Shown here in pieces: positions 10,735 through 21,264 of a stretch of DNA of 44,865 bases. Source of the stretch: Campylobacterales bacterium (GTDB lineage: Bacteria; Campylobacterota; Campylobacteria; Campylobacterales; QNZT01); contig JALWKJ010000155.1 in assembly GCA_027081495.1 (NCBI GenBank), forward strand, positions 1-44,865, given 5' to 3'. The position numbers were made by a program, and so were the translations under genes. The notes beneath the pieces are model-generated. The model had not been told where the DNA came from, made no database searches, and was given only the letters and a program-made list of their open reading frames with translations. The first letter of the stretch is position 1; every line of letters starts with the position of its first letter.

Positions 10735-11598
10735 TTATTCAAAATAGTCATCTATCATATTTTGTAGTTTTATTTTTATTTTTTCATCAAACAATGAGAG
10801 CTGTTCTCGTATTTGCGTGATCATTTTCTCTTTTTCCTTTATCGCGCCTTTTACGCCGAGTAGATTCGTAAAAGAGTTTTTTGCCGTATCGTTAGCCGTA
10901 GGTTTACCGGCATCTTGGGAACTCATAGTAGCATCGATAATATCATCCTGTATCTGAAATAAAAGCCCGATTTTAAGTCCTATATCATAAAAGAGATCTT
11001 GTTTATATTTATCAAGATCAACTATAATCGCTCCCATCTTAAGAGACGCCGCTATCAATTTTGCCGTCTTATGTATATGTAAAAACGACAACTCTTCAAG
11101 ATTTAATTTTTTATTTTCAAAAAAACAGTCTATAGCCTGTCCGAGAACCATTCCGGCGGCTCCGCCGTTTAACGATAACTCTTTGATAAGCGCGATTTTA
11201 CAATCACTATCAAGAGGAGCGTTTGCAATCATGTAAAAACTGTGGGAGTTTAGCGCATCTCCGATAAGAGTAGCGGTAACTTCGTCATAAGTTACATGAA
11301 GCGTAGGATGGCCTCTTCTTAAATTTGCGTCGTCAAATGTAGGCAAATCGTCATGAATCAACGAATAAGTATGCAGCATCTCTACGCCCGCACCCACATA
11401 AAATGCCGCGGGCACCAATAAAGGCTCATACGAATCGACGACTTCAAGCAAAATCATCGGTCGAAACCTCTTCCCTCCCGCTTGAAACATTTCTGTGAGA
11501 GCCTGTTGATATGTAGGGTGAAAACTTTCCGCCGAAGGTAGGTTTTTTTGTAAAAAGTTTTCAAAATTTTTAAGCAACGCCGAGCTTTTTATTTGCAA
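10735..11598 (-). CDS. ispA: Polyprenyl (farnesyl/geranyl) diphosphate synthase
   Basis: First and second aspartate-rich motifs LIHDDLP and QIQDDIID. TTG start with AGGAT upstream; there is no in-frame ATG until about residue 36. Confidence 0.85.
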   Translation of the reverse strand: MQIKSSALLKNFENFLQKNLPSAESFHPTYQQALTEMFQAGGKRFRPMILLEVVDSYEPLLVPAAFYVGAGVEMLHTYSLIHDDLPTFDDANLRRGHPTLHVTYDEVTATLIGDALNSHSFYMIANAPLDSDCKIALIKELSLNGGAAGMVLGQAIDCFFENKKLNLEELSFLHIHKTAKLIAASLKMGAIIVDLDKYKQDLFYDIGLKIGLLFQIQDDIIDATMSSQDAGKPTANDTAKNSFTNLLGVKGAIKEKEKMITQIREQLSLFDEKIKIKLQNMIDDYFE

Positions 11599-11618
11599 AA
11601 AATATCCTATTGTTTATT

Positions 11619-11927
11619 TTAAAATTTACCGCCGAACCCGCCAAGCATTTTTGAAGCCGCCAATTTTTTATCCTCTTCTATCATTTTATTGACATCGTTG
11701 ATAGCGCTGATAAGCAAAATTTGCAGCGAATCTTTATCTTCAAGCAGCGAATCGTCAATCTCTATATCGATAATTTCACCTTTACCGTTACCCGTAACTT
11801 TTATAAGTCCGCCGCCGCTTTTTGCCCTAAACTCTTTGCCTGCGCTCTCTTCTTGCAGCTTTTTCGCCTCTTCTTGCGCTTTTTGCAGCATTTCGCCCAT
11901 TTTACTAAAATCCATATTTTCAAACAT
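11619..11927 (-). CDS. ybaB: YbaB/EbfC family nucleoid-associated protein
   Basis: 102 aa with [21 protein letters not shown] and a family-typical C-terminal helix. Confidence 0.85.
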   Translation of the reverse strand: MFENMDFSKMGEMLQKAQEEAKKLQEESAGKEFRAKSGGGLIKVTGNGKGEIIDIEIDDSLLEDKDSLQILLISAINDVNKMIEEDKKLAASKMLGGFGGKF

Positions 11928-12285
11928 AATCTCTGATCTCTTCTATATCGTTTTTATCATCCAATAGCACAACATACGGCTTAAATTGTTCAGCTTCTTC
12001 AAAATCCATTGAAGCGTATGCTATAATAATGATTTTATCTCCAATTTCAGCCTTTCTAGCCGCCGCACCGTTTAAACATATATCCCTTTTACCGCGTTCG
12101 CCTTCGATAACATAGGTCGAAAACCGTTCTCCGTTATTTATATTGACAATATCTACTTTTTGTCCGACACGAAGTTTTGCCGCATCCATCAACTCTCTAT
12201 CTATAGTGATGGATCCGACATAATTTAAATTTGCATCTGTTACAGCAGCACGGTGAAGCTTGCTATATAACATCGTGATGTTCAT
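11920..12285 (-). CDS. panD: Aspartate 1-decarboxylase
   Basis: [25 protein letters not shown] contains the G-S self-processing site; 121 aa. Confidence 0.9.
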   Translation of the reverse strand: MNITMLYSKLHRAAVTDANLNYVGSITIDRELMDAAKLRVGQKVDIVNINNGERFSTYVIEGERGKRDICLNGAAARKAEIGDKIIIIAYASMDFEEAEQFKPYVVLLDDKNDIEEIRDYV

Positions 12286-12289
12286 AAAT

Positions 12290-12664
12290 CTATCTTCCGG
12301 CCATTTTCATAGCTTCTTCTACCGAAAGCGGCTCGTCCCAAAACTCATCCGCTATAAGATATTCCCGTATGACTTTCCCGCCGATAATGTGCTCGTCGAT
12401 TATTCTGGTAATCTTCTCTTTCGTTAAATTCACATACATATAGTGTCCGGGTTCAATCAGCATAACCGGACCTTGTTGACATCTGTTAAGACAAGCCGTT
12501 CTGACCGGATGCACGGTCGCTATGAGTCCCTTTTGCATTATTATCTGACTAAGATGCGCGAATAGATCTCTTGTTTGTTCATTTACGCAACTTGGTTTTG
12601 GCATGCCCGGAGGCGACGACTGTTCGCATTTAAATATATAAAACGCCGGTTGTGGTATTCCCAT
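12290..12664 (-). CDS. Thioredoxin-like [2Fe-2S] ferredoxin
   Basis: Cysteine pattern C-x12-C ... C-x3-C ([16 protein letters not shown] ... [12 protein letters not shown]), typical of Trx-fold 2Fe-2S ferredoxins. Confidence 0.7.
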   Translation of the reverse strand: MGIPQPAFYIFKCEQSSPPGMPKPSCVNEQTRDLFAHLSQIIMQKGLIATVHPVRTACLNRCQQGPVMLIEPGHYMYVNLTKEKITRIIDEHIIGGKVIREYLIADEFWDEPLSVEEAMKMAGR

Positions 12665-12704
12665 TTTATTTCCCCTATATTGAAATGAAAGTCATTTTAA
12701 TCAA

Positions 12705-14009
12705 TTATCTATTAAATTTTTCTTTCATAATAGCTCTAACTACCTCACGATCGTCAAAAGGTATTTTTTGCTTGTTTATTTCAATATATTCTTCGTCTCC
12801 TTTACCTAAAATCATTAAAATCTCTTCATCTTCAAGTTCGCTTACCGCTTCATATATGGCTTCTTTTCGATCCGGTATCACTTTTAACTTTTTTGTGTCT
12901 AAAATCCCCTTTTTTATATCATTGATTATAGAGATAGGATCTTCGCTTCTGGGATTGTCGTTTGTAAGATAAATTTTTTTTGCGTATCTATTCGCGACCC
13001 TGCCCATCATGACTCTTTTACTTTTATCGCGTTCTCCGCCGGCTCCAAAAACTATCGATATTTTTTTCTCTTTCAACGAATCGAGCACCTTTTCCATACC
13101 GTCTGGAGTATGCGCGAAGTCAACGATTACAAGAGGTCTTTGACTTACCGCCTCCATTCGTCCCCCGACTCCGGCAAAATTTTCGACTTTAGCGCAAATT
13201 TCAAAAAGCGAATAATTAGTTATCAATTTTACGGCGGCAATGGCGGCGGTTATATTGTAAAGATTGAAAAATCCGTAAAGCGGCGAATGAAACTCTTCTT
13301 GAGTTTCAAAATGTTTGATAACCGCGGTAATGCCGTTGTTCAACGAATATGCAAGTATGTTAAACGACGCCGGAACATCAAGAGCGTAGGTATATGTATT
13401 TTTTATATTAAAATCTATTTTTTTTGCGTCTTTGTTTATGAGTTTTAACGCGTCGTCCATAAAAAAGCCGCTTTTTATTCTCATATATTCCTCAAAACTA
13501 CCGTGATAGTCAAGATGATCCTGAGTTATATTCGTAAATATTTTCAGTTTAAAATCAAGACTCTCGATTCTTTTTTGCGCGATCGCATGAGAGCTTACTT
13601 CCATTATGAAAAATTCACAACCCGCTTTTTTCGCCAAATACATATGATAAAGAGTAGTCAAAATCGGAGGCGTTGTATGTGTCTTTTTCGCTATTTTTTC
13701 ATCATTTATAAATAACCCTCTACTTCCTTGAAACGCCGTCTTAACACCAAGATCAAGCAAAATGGAATAGATAGCCGCCGAAGTCGTAGTTTTACCGTTC
13801 GTGCCCGTAATACCGACGATTTTTAGATTTTTTATATCATAAATATCCTGCACGATTTTTGGAGAGAGAATTTTCACATTTTTCTTTTTTTTAATAGTCT
13901 CAAGATAACGAAAGTTCTGCTCAGTAAGAACAAATGCGCATCTATCGTCGCATATTCGCGAATCGTCGGTTAAATAATCAAAAGGCTGATTTTCGACAGG
14001 GTATTTCAA
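12705..14009 (-). CDS. murE: UDP-N-acetylmuramoyl-L-alanyl-D-glutamate--2,6-diaminopimelate ligase
   Basis: GITGTNGKTTT P-loop, Mur ligase middle and C domains, and a DNPR motif (LTNDNPRSEDP) typical of meso-DAP-adding MurE. TTG start; there is no ATG before the P-loop. Confidence 0.9.
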   Translation of the reverse strand: MKYPVENQPFDYLTDDSRICDDRCAFVLTEQNFRYLETIKKKKNVKILSPKIVQDIYDIKNLKIVGITGTNGKTTTSAAIYSILLDLGVKTAFQGSRGLFINDEKIAKKTHTTPPILTTLYHMYLAKKAGCEFFIMEVSSHAIAQKRIESLDFKLKIFTNITQDHLDYHGSFEEYMRIKSGFFMDDALKLINKDAKKIDFNIKNTYTYALDVPASFNILAYSLNNGITAVIKHFETQEEFHSPLYGFFNLYNITAAIAAVKLITNYSLFEICAKVENFAGVGGRMEAVSQRPLVIVDFAHTPDGMEKVLDSLKEKKISIVFGAGGERDKSKRVMMGRVANRYAKKIYLTNDNPRSEDPISIINDIKKGILDTKKLKVIPDRKEAIYEAVSELEDEEILMILGKGDEEYIEINKQKIPFDDREVVRAIMKEKFNR

Positions 14010-14012
14010 CGC

Positions 14013-14600
14013 TTAGGAAATCTCGGCTTTTTTCAGAAGATCGTAAAAGACTTTGTCGTCCGGATAAAGCAAAAGCGCGCTTTCGATATACTCGTATGCT
14101 AGATCTCTGTAACCGTTAGAGAGCAATATTTTTATAAGCTCCGTAAAATCTTCTTTTTTATAAATTATAATCTTTGAACTAAACATCAAATCCTCAAGCG
14201 CCCTTTTGACATCTTCTCTACTATTGACATGAGCTATAAAATCACTGTAAAGTATCCCGTCTTCAATAGCGCCGATTCTCTCTTCTATCGTCGAAAGCAA
14301 ATTGTTTAACGGATCCGATTCATACTCGATCGAATCTATTATCTGTTCAAGGGTTTCAAGCGCATTGTCGATTTTCATGGACTTTGAGACTTCATAGTAT
14401 TCAAAAAGAGCGACCGCTTCTTCTTCCTTTTCAAACGCCATATCAGCCAAAAGCGCGCCGATTCTAGCCTCTTTATCTTCGGGTTTTTCTTTTAACGCAA
14501 GGGAATAATTTAAAAGCGCTTCTTTATACTCTCGTTTAAAAAAGCTCATGTTTGCAAGATCTTTAAACTTACTCACCGTCGCCGCCTGCAATTTTGTCAA
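14013..14600 (-). CDS. TPR-like helical repeat protein, function unknown
   Basis: 195 aa, all-helical, with TPR-like N- and C-terminal repeats (YKEALLNYSLALKEKPEDKEA; LAYEYIESALLLYPDDKV). The TTG start at 14600 has GGAGGA upstream; an alternative ATG at 14549 has no SD. Confidence 0.5.
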   Translation of the reverse strand: MTKLQAATVSKFKDLANMSFFKREYKEALLNYSLALKEKPEDKEARIGALLADMAFEKEEEAVALFEYYEVSKSMKIDNALETLEQIIDSIEYESDPLNNLLSTIEERIGAIEDGILYSDFIAHVNSREDVKRALEDLMFSSKIIIYKKEDFTELIKILLSNGYRDLAYEYIESALLLYPDDKVFYDLLKKAEIS

Positions 14601-14862
14601 TCATATCCTCCATCCCTTCAGCTATATTTATAACTTCAAGCTCAGGGTGGATGTCCATTCTCAACTGTCTTTCTATTCCGTATTTGAGCGTTTGGTTACT
14701 AGCTGAACATCCCACACACGCACCTTGCAGCTGAACAAAGACTTTTCCGCCTTTAACAGCCAAAAGTTTCATACCGCCGCCGTCAAGCGCGAGCATCGGT
14801 CTTACTTTTTCAAGTGATTGTTCGACAACCGGCAATAACTCTTCATCTGTAAACGGAATCAT
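14569..14862 (-). CDS. NifU-like (Nfu C-terminal domain) Fe-S cluster carrier
   Basis: 97 aa with DGGGMKLL...GACVGCSAS, which carries the CxxC motif of the NifU C-terminal domain. Confidence 0.8.
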   Translation of the reverse strand: MIPFTDEELLPVVEQSLEKVRPMLALDGGGMKLLAVKGGKVFVQLQGACVGCSASNQTLKYGIERQLRMDIHPELEVINIAEGMEDMIDKIAGGDGE

Positions 14863-14885
14863 ATATAACCTCGCGTTAATTTCAT

Positions 14886-14916
14886 AAAAAACGATATAGA
14901 AATATCGTCTTTTTCC
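14886..14916 (-). terminator. Bidirectional rho-independent-type hairpin downstream of rplQ
   Basis: ACGATAT-AGAA-ATATCGT 7-bp stem flanked by an A5 run on one side and CTTTTT on the other, so a U-run follows the stem on either strand. It lies between rplQ and the nifU-like gene. Confidence 0.5.
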
Positions 14917-15009
14917 TTATAATAAATTGTATCAAAAATTATTTAAATAAGCAGTCTAATAGACAAATTGTAGATGTTGTTTAAGTAAACAGTTACCTTC
15001 GGTACAGGT

Positions 15010-15037
15010 ATCACAAAAGAGTCGCTTCTTTTGTGAT
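15010..15037 (-). terminator. Hairpin immediately after the rplQ stop
   Basis: 11-bp inverted repeat ATCACAAAAGA / TCTTTTGTGAT with a 6-nt loop, starting 5 nt from the rplQ stop. No clean U-tract follows, so its function (terminator or stabiliser) is uncertain. Confidence 0.35.
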
Positions 15038-15041
15038 ATAT

Positions 15042-15392
15042 TTATACTAACTCTATAAAAGCCATCTCTGCGGCGTCGCCGCGTCTGATTCTAGTTCTGG
15101 TTATTCTGGTGTAACCGCCTTTTCTATCTTTATATTCAGGAGCGATTTCATTTAAAAGTTTTTTTGTACTCTCCTTATCCTGCAACGCGGCAAAAACAGC
15201 TCTATGAGCGTTAAAATCTCCTACTCTCGCCTTAGTTACAAGTTTCTCAAAATAACTTCTAAGCTCTTTTGCTTTAGGAACGGTCGTCTCTATTTTGCCG
15301 CTTTTTATCAACGCTATAGAGAGATTCTTCAACAAAGCTTTTCTATGGCTCGAAGTTCTACCCAGTTTTCTATATCCATGTCTATGTCTCAT
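15042..15392 (-). CDS. rplQ: 50S ribosomal protein L17
   Basis: [21 protein letters not shown] is the canonical L17 N-terminus. The ATG at 15392 sits just after the rpoA stop; the ORF track extends 3 codons further. Confidence 0.95.
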   Translation of the reverse strand: MRHRHGYRKLGRTSSHRKALLKNLSIALIKSGKIETTVPKAKELRSYFEKLVTKARVGDFNAHRAVFAALQDKESTKKLLNEIAPEYKDRKGGYTRITRTRIRRGDAAEMAFIELV

Positions 15393-15393
15393 A

Positions 15394-16407
15394 TTACACA
15401 TCCCCGTTTTGTGATTTTAATTCTTGCAGCTTTTTGTTTAGTGCGGCTAAAAAATCTTCATCAAATTTATAGCCCACAGGAAAGCCGATAGATTCAAGTT
15501 TGCTTGTTATCTCTTCAAAAGATTTTTTGCCGAGATTTTTGAGTCCTTTTAGTTCTAACTCGCTCATTAACGACAATTCGGCTACATATTTTATGTTTGC
15601 GCGATCAAGACAATTAAAGCTTCTAGCGCTTAGTCCCAACTCTTCGACATTTTGGATAAGTTTTTTCATCTCAACAGAATTTTTATAATCGTCTTGTGGA
15701 GCGCTTACACCTATATCTATAGCTTTGGAAAATATCGAAATTTGCTCGTTAAGAGCTTCTATCGCCTCTTTAAAAGCCTGAACCGGAGGTATTTGACCGT
15801 CCGTTTCGATATCGAATATTATCTTTTCAAATGTCGGATCATCTTCTACAAGCATATTTTCAATCGAATACACGGCTTTTCGAACAGGAGTAAAAAATGC
15901 GTCAACTCCGATATATTCGTCGGCTAGACTCTCTCTTAACTCTTCACTCGGCACATATCCTATTCCTTTTTCGATAATTATCGAAAAATTAAGCTCCGCG
16001 TCTTCATTGATCGTAGCCAAATGAACATCCGGAGTTACTACTTCTACGCTTTCGTTTTCAAGGTCGCTGCCGTTTATCTCTTTATAGCCGGTAAAAGAGT
16101 ATTTGACTTCTACTTTGTTCGACTCGTTTTTTATTTTAAAACGAATATTTTTCAGATTCAAAATAAACAGCGATACATCTTCAAGCATACCCCTGATAGA
16201 ATCAAACTCATGTTTTACTCCCTCGATCTTAATCGCGGTGACCGCATAACCGGCAGAACTTCCAAGAAGAAGGCGGCGAAGCGGATGCGCAACCGTTACC
16301 GCAAAGCCGGTTTGAAAGGGATAAGTTATGATCTTAACCCTATTTTCATTGACTTTTTCTATCTCGATTTCATGCGGCATATACAAAGATGTTGTAATCT
16401 TTTTCAT
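15394..16407 (-). CDS. rpoA: DNA-directed RNA polymerase subunit alpha
   Basis: 337 aa, N-terminal assembly domain plus a C-terminal alpha-CTD ([23 protein letters not shown]). Confidence 0.96.
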   Translation of the reverse strand: MKKITTSLYMPHEIEIEKVNENRVKIITYPFQTGFAVTVAHPLRRLLLGSSAGYAVTAIKIEGVKHEFDSIRGMLEDVSLFILNLKNIRFKIKNESNKVEVKYSFTGYKEINGSDLENESVEVVTPDVHLATINEDAELNFSIIIEKGIGYVPSEELRESLADEYIGVDAFFTPVRKAVYSIENMLVEDDPTFEKIIFDIETDGQIPPVQAFKEAIEALNEQISIFSKAIDIGVSAPQDDYKNSVEMKKLIQNVEELGLSARSFNCLDRANIKYVAELSLMSELELKGLKNLGKKSFEEITSKLESIGFPVGYKFDEDFLAALNKKLQELKSQNGDV

Positions 16408-16424
16408 CTTTTAATCCCTTATGC

Positions 16425-17051
16425 TTATTTAGAGTAAAGCTCTACGATGAGTCTCTCTTCTACAGGTATGACAACCTCTTCTCTCTCAGGCAATCTCGTA
16501 AAAATGCCGTATTTTTTATCTATCTCGACATCAACCCAAGGCGCTATTCCCGTTTGAGCGGTTAGCTCCCCGGCTCTAACGATTTGCGGATTTTGCTTTG
16601 ATTTTTCTCTCACTTCGATTTTTTGACCGGGTTTTACTCTGTATGAGGGAATATTGACCTTTTTGCCGTCAACCAGGATATGTCCGTGAGTAACAAGCTG
16701 TCTCGCGAAGTTTCTCGTAGTCGCAAAACCCATTCTATAAACGGCGTTGTCTAGTCTTCTTTCCAAAAGGCTGATCAAGTTAGCGCCCGTGTTCCCTTCC
16801 ATTCTATTGGCATCTGAGAAAAGTCGTCTAAACTGTTTTTCGCTAACGCCGTACATAAATTTCGCTTTTTGCTTTTCACGAAGCTGCAAACCGTATTCGC
16901 TTACTTTTGTTCTTCTTTGACCATGTTGTCCCGGAGGATAAGGTCTTTTATCTATTGCGCTTTTGCCGGCTAATCTTCTTTCGCCCTTAAGCGAGAGAGA
17001 AACTCCAAGCCTTCTTTCGATTTTTTCTACCGGTCCTCTATATCTTGCCAT
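16425..17051 (-). CDS. rpsD: 30S ribosomal protein S4
   Basis: MARYRGPV... with an S4 RNA-binding domain ([31 protein letters not shown]). Confidence 0.96.
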   Translation of the reverse strand: MARYRGPVEKIERRLGVSLSLKGERRLAGKSAIDKRPYPPGQHGQRRTKVSEYGLQLREKQKAKFMYGVSEKQFRRLFSDANRMEGNTGANLISLLERRLDNAVYRMGFATTRNFARQLVTHGHILVDGKKVNIPSYRVKPGQKIEVREKSKQNPQIVRAGELTAQTGIAPWVDVEIDKKYGIFTRLPEREEVVIPVEERLIVELYSK

Positions 17052-17060
17052 ATCTCACCC

Positions 17061-17453
17061 CTACACTCTTCTTCTTTTTGGAGGTCTGCATCCGTTGTGC
17101 GGCAACGGTGTAACATCCTTTAAAAATAGCACCTTAATACCTTCGATAGCGCCAACGCTTTTTACGGCTGTTTCACGACCCGAACCCGGTCCTTGAACTT
17201 TTATACCTACCTCTTTGATACCATGCTCCATCGCTTTTGCCATAGCGTCTTCAACGGCTTGTTGAGCGGCATACGGAGTGGATTTTTTGCTTCCTTTAAA
17301 ACCTAAACCGCCCGCGCTGCTCCATGCGATAGCGTTACCCATCTCATCTGTTATGGTTATCATCGTGTTGTTAAATGTAGCCGCTATATGAACGATACCT
17401 CTTGCGATATTTTTCTTGACTACTTTTTTTCTAGTAACTTTTCTTTTTGCCAT
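17061..17453 (-). CDS. rpsK: 30S ribosomal protein S11
   Basis: [18 protein letters not shown]...[14 protein letters not shown]...[13 protein letters not shown]. Confidence 0.96.
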   Translation of the reverse strand: MAKRKVTRKKVVKKNIARGIVHIAATFNNTMITITDEMGNAIAWSSAGGLGFKGSKKSTPYAAQQAVEDAMAKAMEHGIKEVGIKVQGPGSGRETAVKSVGAIEGIKVLFLKDVTPLPHNGCRPPKRRRV

Positions 17454-17465
17454 TATTTTACTCCG

Positions 17466-17834
17466 TTACTTAGATGCAGAGCCGACAGTCTTTTTTCTGC
17501 CTTTTCTGGTTCTTGCATTCGTTTTTGTTTTTTGACCGCGTACCGGCAATCCTCTTCTGTGTCTGAGTCCTCTATAATTGCCAAGATCCATCAACGCCTT
17601 GATATCCATAGCGACTTTTTTTCTCAAATCACCTTCTACCTGATATGAATTTTGAATCTCGTTTCTGATAGCCGCTATTTCATCTTCACTTAACTCAAAT
17701 ACTCTCTTATCGAAAGAGATGCCCGCTTTATTTAAAATATCCCTTGAACTTGCTAGTCCAATTCCGAAAATATATGTAAGTCCATACTCTATTCTCTTTT
17801 TTTTCGGCAAATCTACACCTGCGATTCTAGCCAT
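17466..17834 (-). CDS. rpsM: 30S ribosomal protein S13
   Basis: [26 protein letters not shown]...[26 protein letters not shown]. Confidence 0.96.
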   Translation of the reverse strand: MARIAGVDLPKKKRIEYGLTYIFGIGLASSRDILNKAGISFDKRVFELSEDEIAAIRNEIQNSYQVEGDLRKKVAMDIKALMDLGNYRGLRHRRGLPVRGQKTKTNARTRKGRKKTVGSASK

Positions 17835-17837
17835 TAT

Positions 17838-17951
17838 TTATCCTTGTCTCTGTTTATGTTTCGGGTTTTTGCAAATCACTCTGACTGCTCCTCTTCGTTT
17901 AATAATTTTACAACTATCGCACATTTTTTTAACTGATGGTCTAACTTTCAT
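17838..17951 (-). CDS. rpmJ: 50S ribosomal protein L36
   Basis: Hand-translated 37-aa [40 protein letters not shown], too short for the ORF track. It has the canonical L36 zinc-ribbon C-x2-C...C...H pattern and the expected position between infA and rpsM. Confidence 0.92.
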   Translation of the reverse strand: MKVRPSVKKMCDSCKIIKRRGAVRVICKNPKHKQRQG

Positions 17952-18022
17952 CGTTGTCTCCTATATTTACTCTTTTCCACTTAACAAATAACGAACGAAT
18001 AGGCTTGGCGAATTTTCCTGCC

Positions 18023-18098
18023 AGCGATTGAAAAAGCAGTGGTTCTTTTGCAATCGCTCTTCTTGTAGTCTCGTCATTCGAAAAAGAGAGCGATTATA
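18023..18098 (-). promoter_or_regulatory. Structured infA-rpmJ intergenic leader with a TATAAT box and mutually exclusive stems
   Basis: On the minus strand there is a TATAAT at 18098..18093. The segment AGAGCGATT (18060..18052) can pair either with AATCGCTCT (18096..18088) or, as part of a 13-bp stem with one mismatch, with 18023..18036. Confidence 0.4.
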
Positions 18099-18117
18099 CC
18101 TAAATAAAAATAAATAT

Positions 18118-18336
18118 TTACTTATACCTAAATGTAATCCGCCCTTTATCGAGACTGTACGGCGTTAATTCGACCTTTACCTTATCGCCTAGCATAATTT
18201 TTATATAATGCATCCTCATTTTACCAGCGATGTGACACAATACTTTATGACCGTTTTCAAGCTCGACCATAAATGTCGCATTCGGCAACGCTTCAATAAC
18301 CGTGCCGTCAACCTCTATAACATCATCTTTTGCCAT
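18118..18336 (-). CDS. infA: Translation initiation factor IF-1
   Basis: 72 aa, [22 protein letters not shown]...[10 protein letters not shown]...ELTPYDL-like S1 fold. Confidence 0.96.
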   Translation of the reverse strand: MAKDDVIEVDGTVIEALPNATFMVELENGHKVLCHIAGKMRMHYIKIMLGDKVKVELTPYSLDKGRITFRYK

Positions 18337-18368
18337 ATATCCTCCTAAATTTTTTTATATCGCCACAT

Positions 18369-19130
18369 TTACATCTGTGACAAAATCTCCGCTTTGTTAC
18401 CGACGATCGCTACCGTATGCTCGTAATGACTGCTTTTTAGTCCGTCTTGTGAACGAACCGACCATTTATCTTTTTCGTCAACGATCGCCGTTGGGTCTTT
18501 TTGACAAATCATCGGCTCTATACAAAAAACCATACCGTTTTTCATCTTCGGTCCCTGCTTGGGGTTTTTCCCCTCAAGATAATTTGGGATTTCAGGCTCT
18601 TCGTGCGGTTTTTTGCCTATTCCGTGACCGCAAAAACCCCGAAGCGGAACATATCCTCGACCGATTATGAACTTCTCGAGTTCAAAACTAAGCTCCTTAA
18701 ATCTCATACCCGCTTTGATGATCGAAATCGCGTAAAAAAGAGCGTCTTTTGCGCATGCGATTAAATCTTCGTCTTCTTTGCTGATCTTTCCGATACCGAT
18801 AGTAATGGCGGAATCTCCATACCATCCGTCTTTTTCCACACCTATATCAAGTCCTAAGATATCGCCTTCTTTGACTTTGGTATCGTCGGGCACGCCGTGT
18901 ATGACTACTTCGTTAAGAGATGTACAAACTCCGGCCGGAAAACCGTAAAGCCCTTTAAAAGCGGCTCTAGCTCCAAGCGATCTTATATACTCTTCGCCCA
19001 TTTGATTTATCTCTTTCAATGTCATGCCGGGTCGGATATATGTTTTTAAGTGATCAAGAGTTTTTGCGACATAAGAGTTTGAAACCCTCAGTTTTTCAAT
19101 TTCCAAGGGTTTCTTGATAGATATCGCCAT
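18369..19130 (-). CDS. map: Type I methionine aminopeptidase
   Basis: 253 aa with metal-ligand regions VIHG, DIGV..DGWYGD, GHGIG and EPM. Confidence 0.93.
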   Translation of the reverse strand: MAISIKKPLEIEKLRVSNSYVAKTLDHLKTYIRPGMTLKEINQMGEEYIRSLGARAAFKGLYGFPAGVCTSLNEVVIHGVPDDTKVKEGDILGLDIGVEKDGWYGDSAITIGIGKISKEDEDLIACAKDALFYAISIIKAGMRFKELSFELEKFIIGRGYVPLRGFCGHGIGKKPHEEPEIPNYLEGKNPKQGPKMKNGMVFCIEPMICQKDPTAIVDEKDKWSVRSQDGLKSSHYEHTVAIVGNKAEILSQM

Positions 19131-19135
19131 TAACC

Positions 19136-20395
19136 TTACAATCCTAGCGAATTTAGCGTATTGTATTTATTCATGTAAATTTGCGCTTCGATTTTTCTCA
19201 TCGTATCAAGCGCAACTTGAACAACGATAAGCACGGCAGTACCGCCAAAATAAAAAGGCACGCCCATAGTTTTTACCAAAATCCACGGCAGAGTCGAGAT
19301 CAATCCTAAATAGATAGCGCCGCCGAATGTCAGTCGGCTCGCAACCTCATTGATAAATTCCGCCGTACTTTTTCCGGGTCTTACTCCCGGTATAAATCCG
19401 CCCTGTTTTTTCAGGTTTTCGGATATATCTTTCGCATTAAAGACGATCGATGCATAAAAGTATGCGAAAAATACTACGCCCAAAAACATCAATATATTAA
19501 ACAGATATCCGTTTGGACTCAAAAGATCGGCAACTTTTTGAACATACGGATTTGTACTCCCAGACAGCAAAGTCGAAGGCATCATCAAAACGGCGGACGC
19601 AAAGATAGGCGGAATAACACCGCTTAGGTTTACCTTGATAGGAATATAATTCATAACTCTTTTGTTTTGATTTTGCATCATCGTTTTTCTCGAATACGAA
19701 ATTGGAACTCTTCTCTCTCCAAGCTCTACATATATAATTACGCCGATCGTAACGATTATAACGGCTAAAATACCTATAACTACAAGAAAATTAAGCTCAC
19801 CCGTATTTACAAGATTTACCATGCCTCCTATAGCGGCCGGAATACCCGATACGATTCCCGCAAAAATTATCAACGAAATACCGTTTCCGATTCCTCTTTG
19901 GGTAATCTGCTCGCCAATCCACATAAGCATCATCGTACCGGTTAGCATAGAAAACGCCGCGATCGGCACAAACAGACTCATGTCTATCATGATGGCGCTT
20001 TGCCCGCCGCTTCCCATACTTTGAAGCCCCATCGATACTCCTATCGCCTGAACAAGTGTGATAGCTACGGTTGCATAACGGATAATTTGCATATATTTCG
20101 TCATACCGTCTCTCTCTTTTTTCATTTGACCTAGAGTCGGAAAGGTGGCGGCAAGAAGTTCCATGATGATAGAGGCGGTGATGTAGGGCATAATTCCAAG
20201 CGAGATGATACTCAAACGACTAACGGCGTTACCGCTGAACATATTGACCATACCTAGGGCGTTATTGGAGTTTGAATCAAAAAAAGCTTTGATCACATCG
20301 ACATTGACGCCCGGTACCGGCACATACGACAAAATCCTATATGCAAACAAAAACCCGAGCGTAATCAGGATTTTGTTTGTTAAGTCTTTTCCCAT
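19136..20395 (-). CDS. secY: Preprotein translocase subunit SecY
   Basis: 419 aa, 10 TM segments, GIMPYITASII and GEQITQRGIGNGISLIIFAGI motifs. Confidence 0.96.
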   Translation of the reverse strand: MGKDLTNKILITLGFLFAYRILSYVPVPGVNVDVIKAFFDSNSNNALGMVNMFSGNAVSRLSIISLGIMPYITASIIMELLAATFPTLGQMKKERDGMTKYMQIIRYATVAITLVQAIGVSMGLQSMGSGGQSAIMIDMSLFVPIAAFSMLTGTMMLMWIGEQITQRGIGNGISLIIFAGIVSGIPAAIGGMVNLVNTGELNFLVVIGILAVIIVTIGVIIYVELGERRVPISYSRKTMMQNQNKRVMNYIPIKVNLSGVIPPIFASAVLMMPSTLLSGSTNPYVQKVADLLSPNGYLFNILMFLGVVFFAYFYASIVFNAKDISENLKKQGGFIPGVRPGKSTAEFINEVASRLTFGGAIYLGLISTLPWILVKTMGVPFYFGGTAVLIVVQVALDTMRKIEAQIYMNKYNTLNSLGL

Positions 20396-20397
20396 CG

Positions 20398-20796
20398 TTA
20401 GTTACCGCTGGTAGTAATATTTTCGTCTTTGATCTTAGATGCAAGATTTTTTGCACCCTTGCCTATAAGCTTTATCTTCTTTACGCTTGCTTGCAGTTTA
20501 TGAACGGATTTGATACTCTCAAAAGAGATTTCATCAAGTTCGGCTACTTTTTTTACTTTTTCTATGTTTATAACATAAGGTTTTTCCACTCTCGAAGTAA
20601 ATCCGACTTTAGGCAATCTTCTTTGAAGCGGTTGTTGTCCGCCCTCAAATCCTCTTTTGCGGCTAAAGCCGGTTCTGCTTCTTTGACCCTTGTTACCCCT
20701 AGTGGCAGTTTTACCCATTCCGCTACCCTGACCGCGACCTACCCTTTTTCTGTTTTTGACAGATCCGCTTGCGGGAGTTAGATTATGAAGTGCCAT
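20398..20796 (-). CDS. rplO: 50S ribosomal protein L15
   Basis: [22 protein letters not shown]...[14 protein letters not shown]. Confidence 0.95.
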   Translation of the reverse strand: MALHNLTPASGSVKNRKRVGRGQGSGMGKTATRGNKGQRSRTGFSRKRGFEGGQQPLQRRLPKVGFTSRVEKPYVINIEKVKKVAELDEISFESIKSVHKLQASVKKIKLIGKGAKNLASKIKDENITTSGN

Positions 20797-20809
20797 TGAC
20801 TATCCTTTG

Positions 20810-21259
20810 TTATTGTTTGATCATGCTAAGCGCTTTTACGGTCGCTCGCACAAGATTGTTAGGATTGTTTGAACCCAGTGATTTTGTTAAGATATCTTTA
20901 ATGCCGGCAAGTTCAAGCACGGGTCTCGTTGCGCCTCCGGCGATTACTCCGGTACCTTCGCTCGCAGGTTTTAATAAAATTCTGCTCGCGTTATATTTAA
21001 GCTCGATATCATGAGCTATAGTCGAGCCTTTGACATTTACTTTTACAAGGTTTTTAAACGCGTCGTCCACGCCTTTTTTAATCGCGTCGGGAACCTCTTT
21101 AGCTTTACCCGTTCCAAAGCCTACTATTCCATCTTTGTTGCCAACAACGACAAGAGCGGTAAATCTAAATCTTCTACCGCCCTTGACGACTTTCGTCACC
21201 CTGCCGATGTTAACGATAACTTCTTCAAAATCTTCTCTGTTAATATTTTCCATTATCAT
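20810..21259 (-). CDS. rpsE: 30S ribosomal protein S5
   Basis: [39 protein letters not shown]. Only 13 nt separate it from rplO, so there is no rpmD. Confidence 0.96.
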   Translation of the reverse strand: MIMENINREDFEEVIVNIGRVTKVVKGGRRFRFTALVVVGNKDGIVGFGTGKAKEVPDAIKKGVDDAFKNLVKVNVKGSTIAHDIELKYNASRILLKPASEGTGVIAGGATRPVLELAGIKDILTKSLGSNNPNNLVRATVKALSMIKQ

Positions 21260-21264
21260 TGACC

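Noticed and set aside
20796-20810. Missing rpmD (L30) between rpsE and rplO, and missing adk after secY, as possible deletions
   Set aside because: Absence of L30, and map rather than adk after secY, is the normal arrangement in Campylobacterota. It is lineage-typical, not an anomaly.
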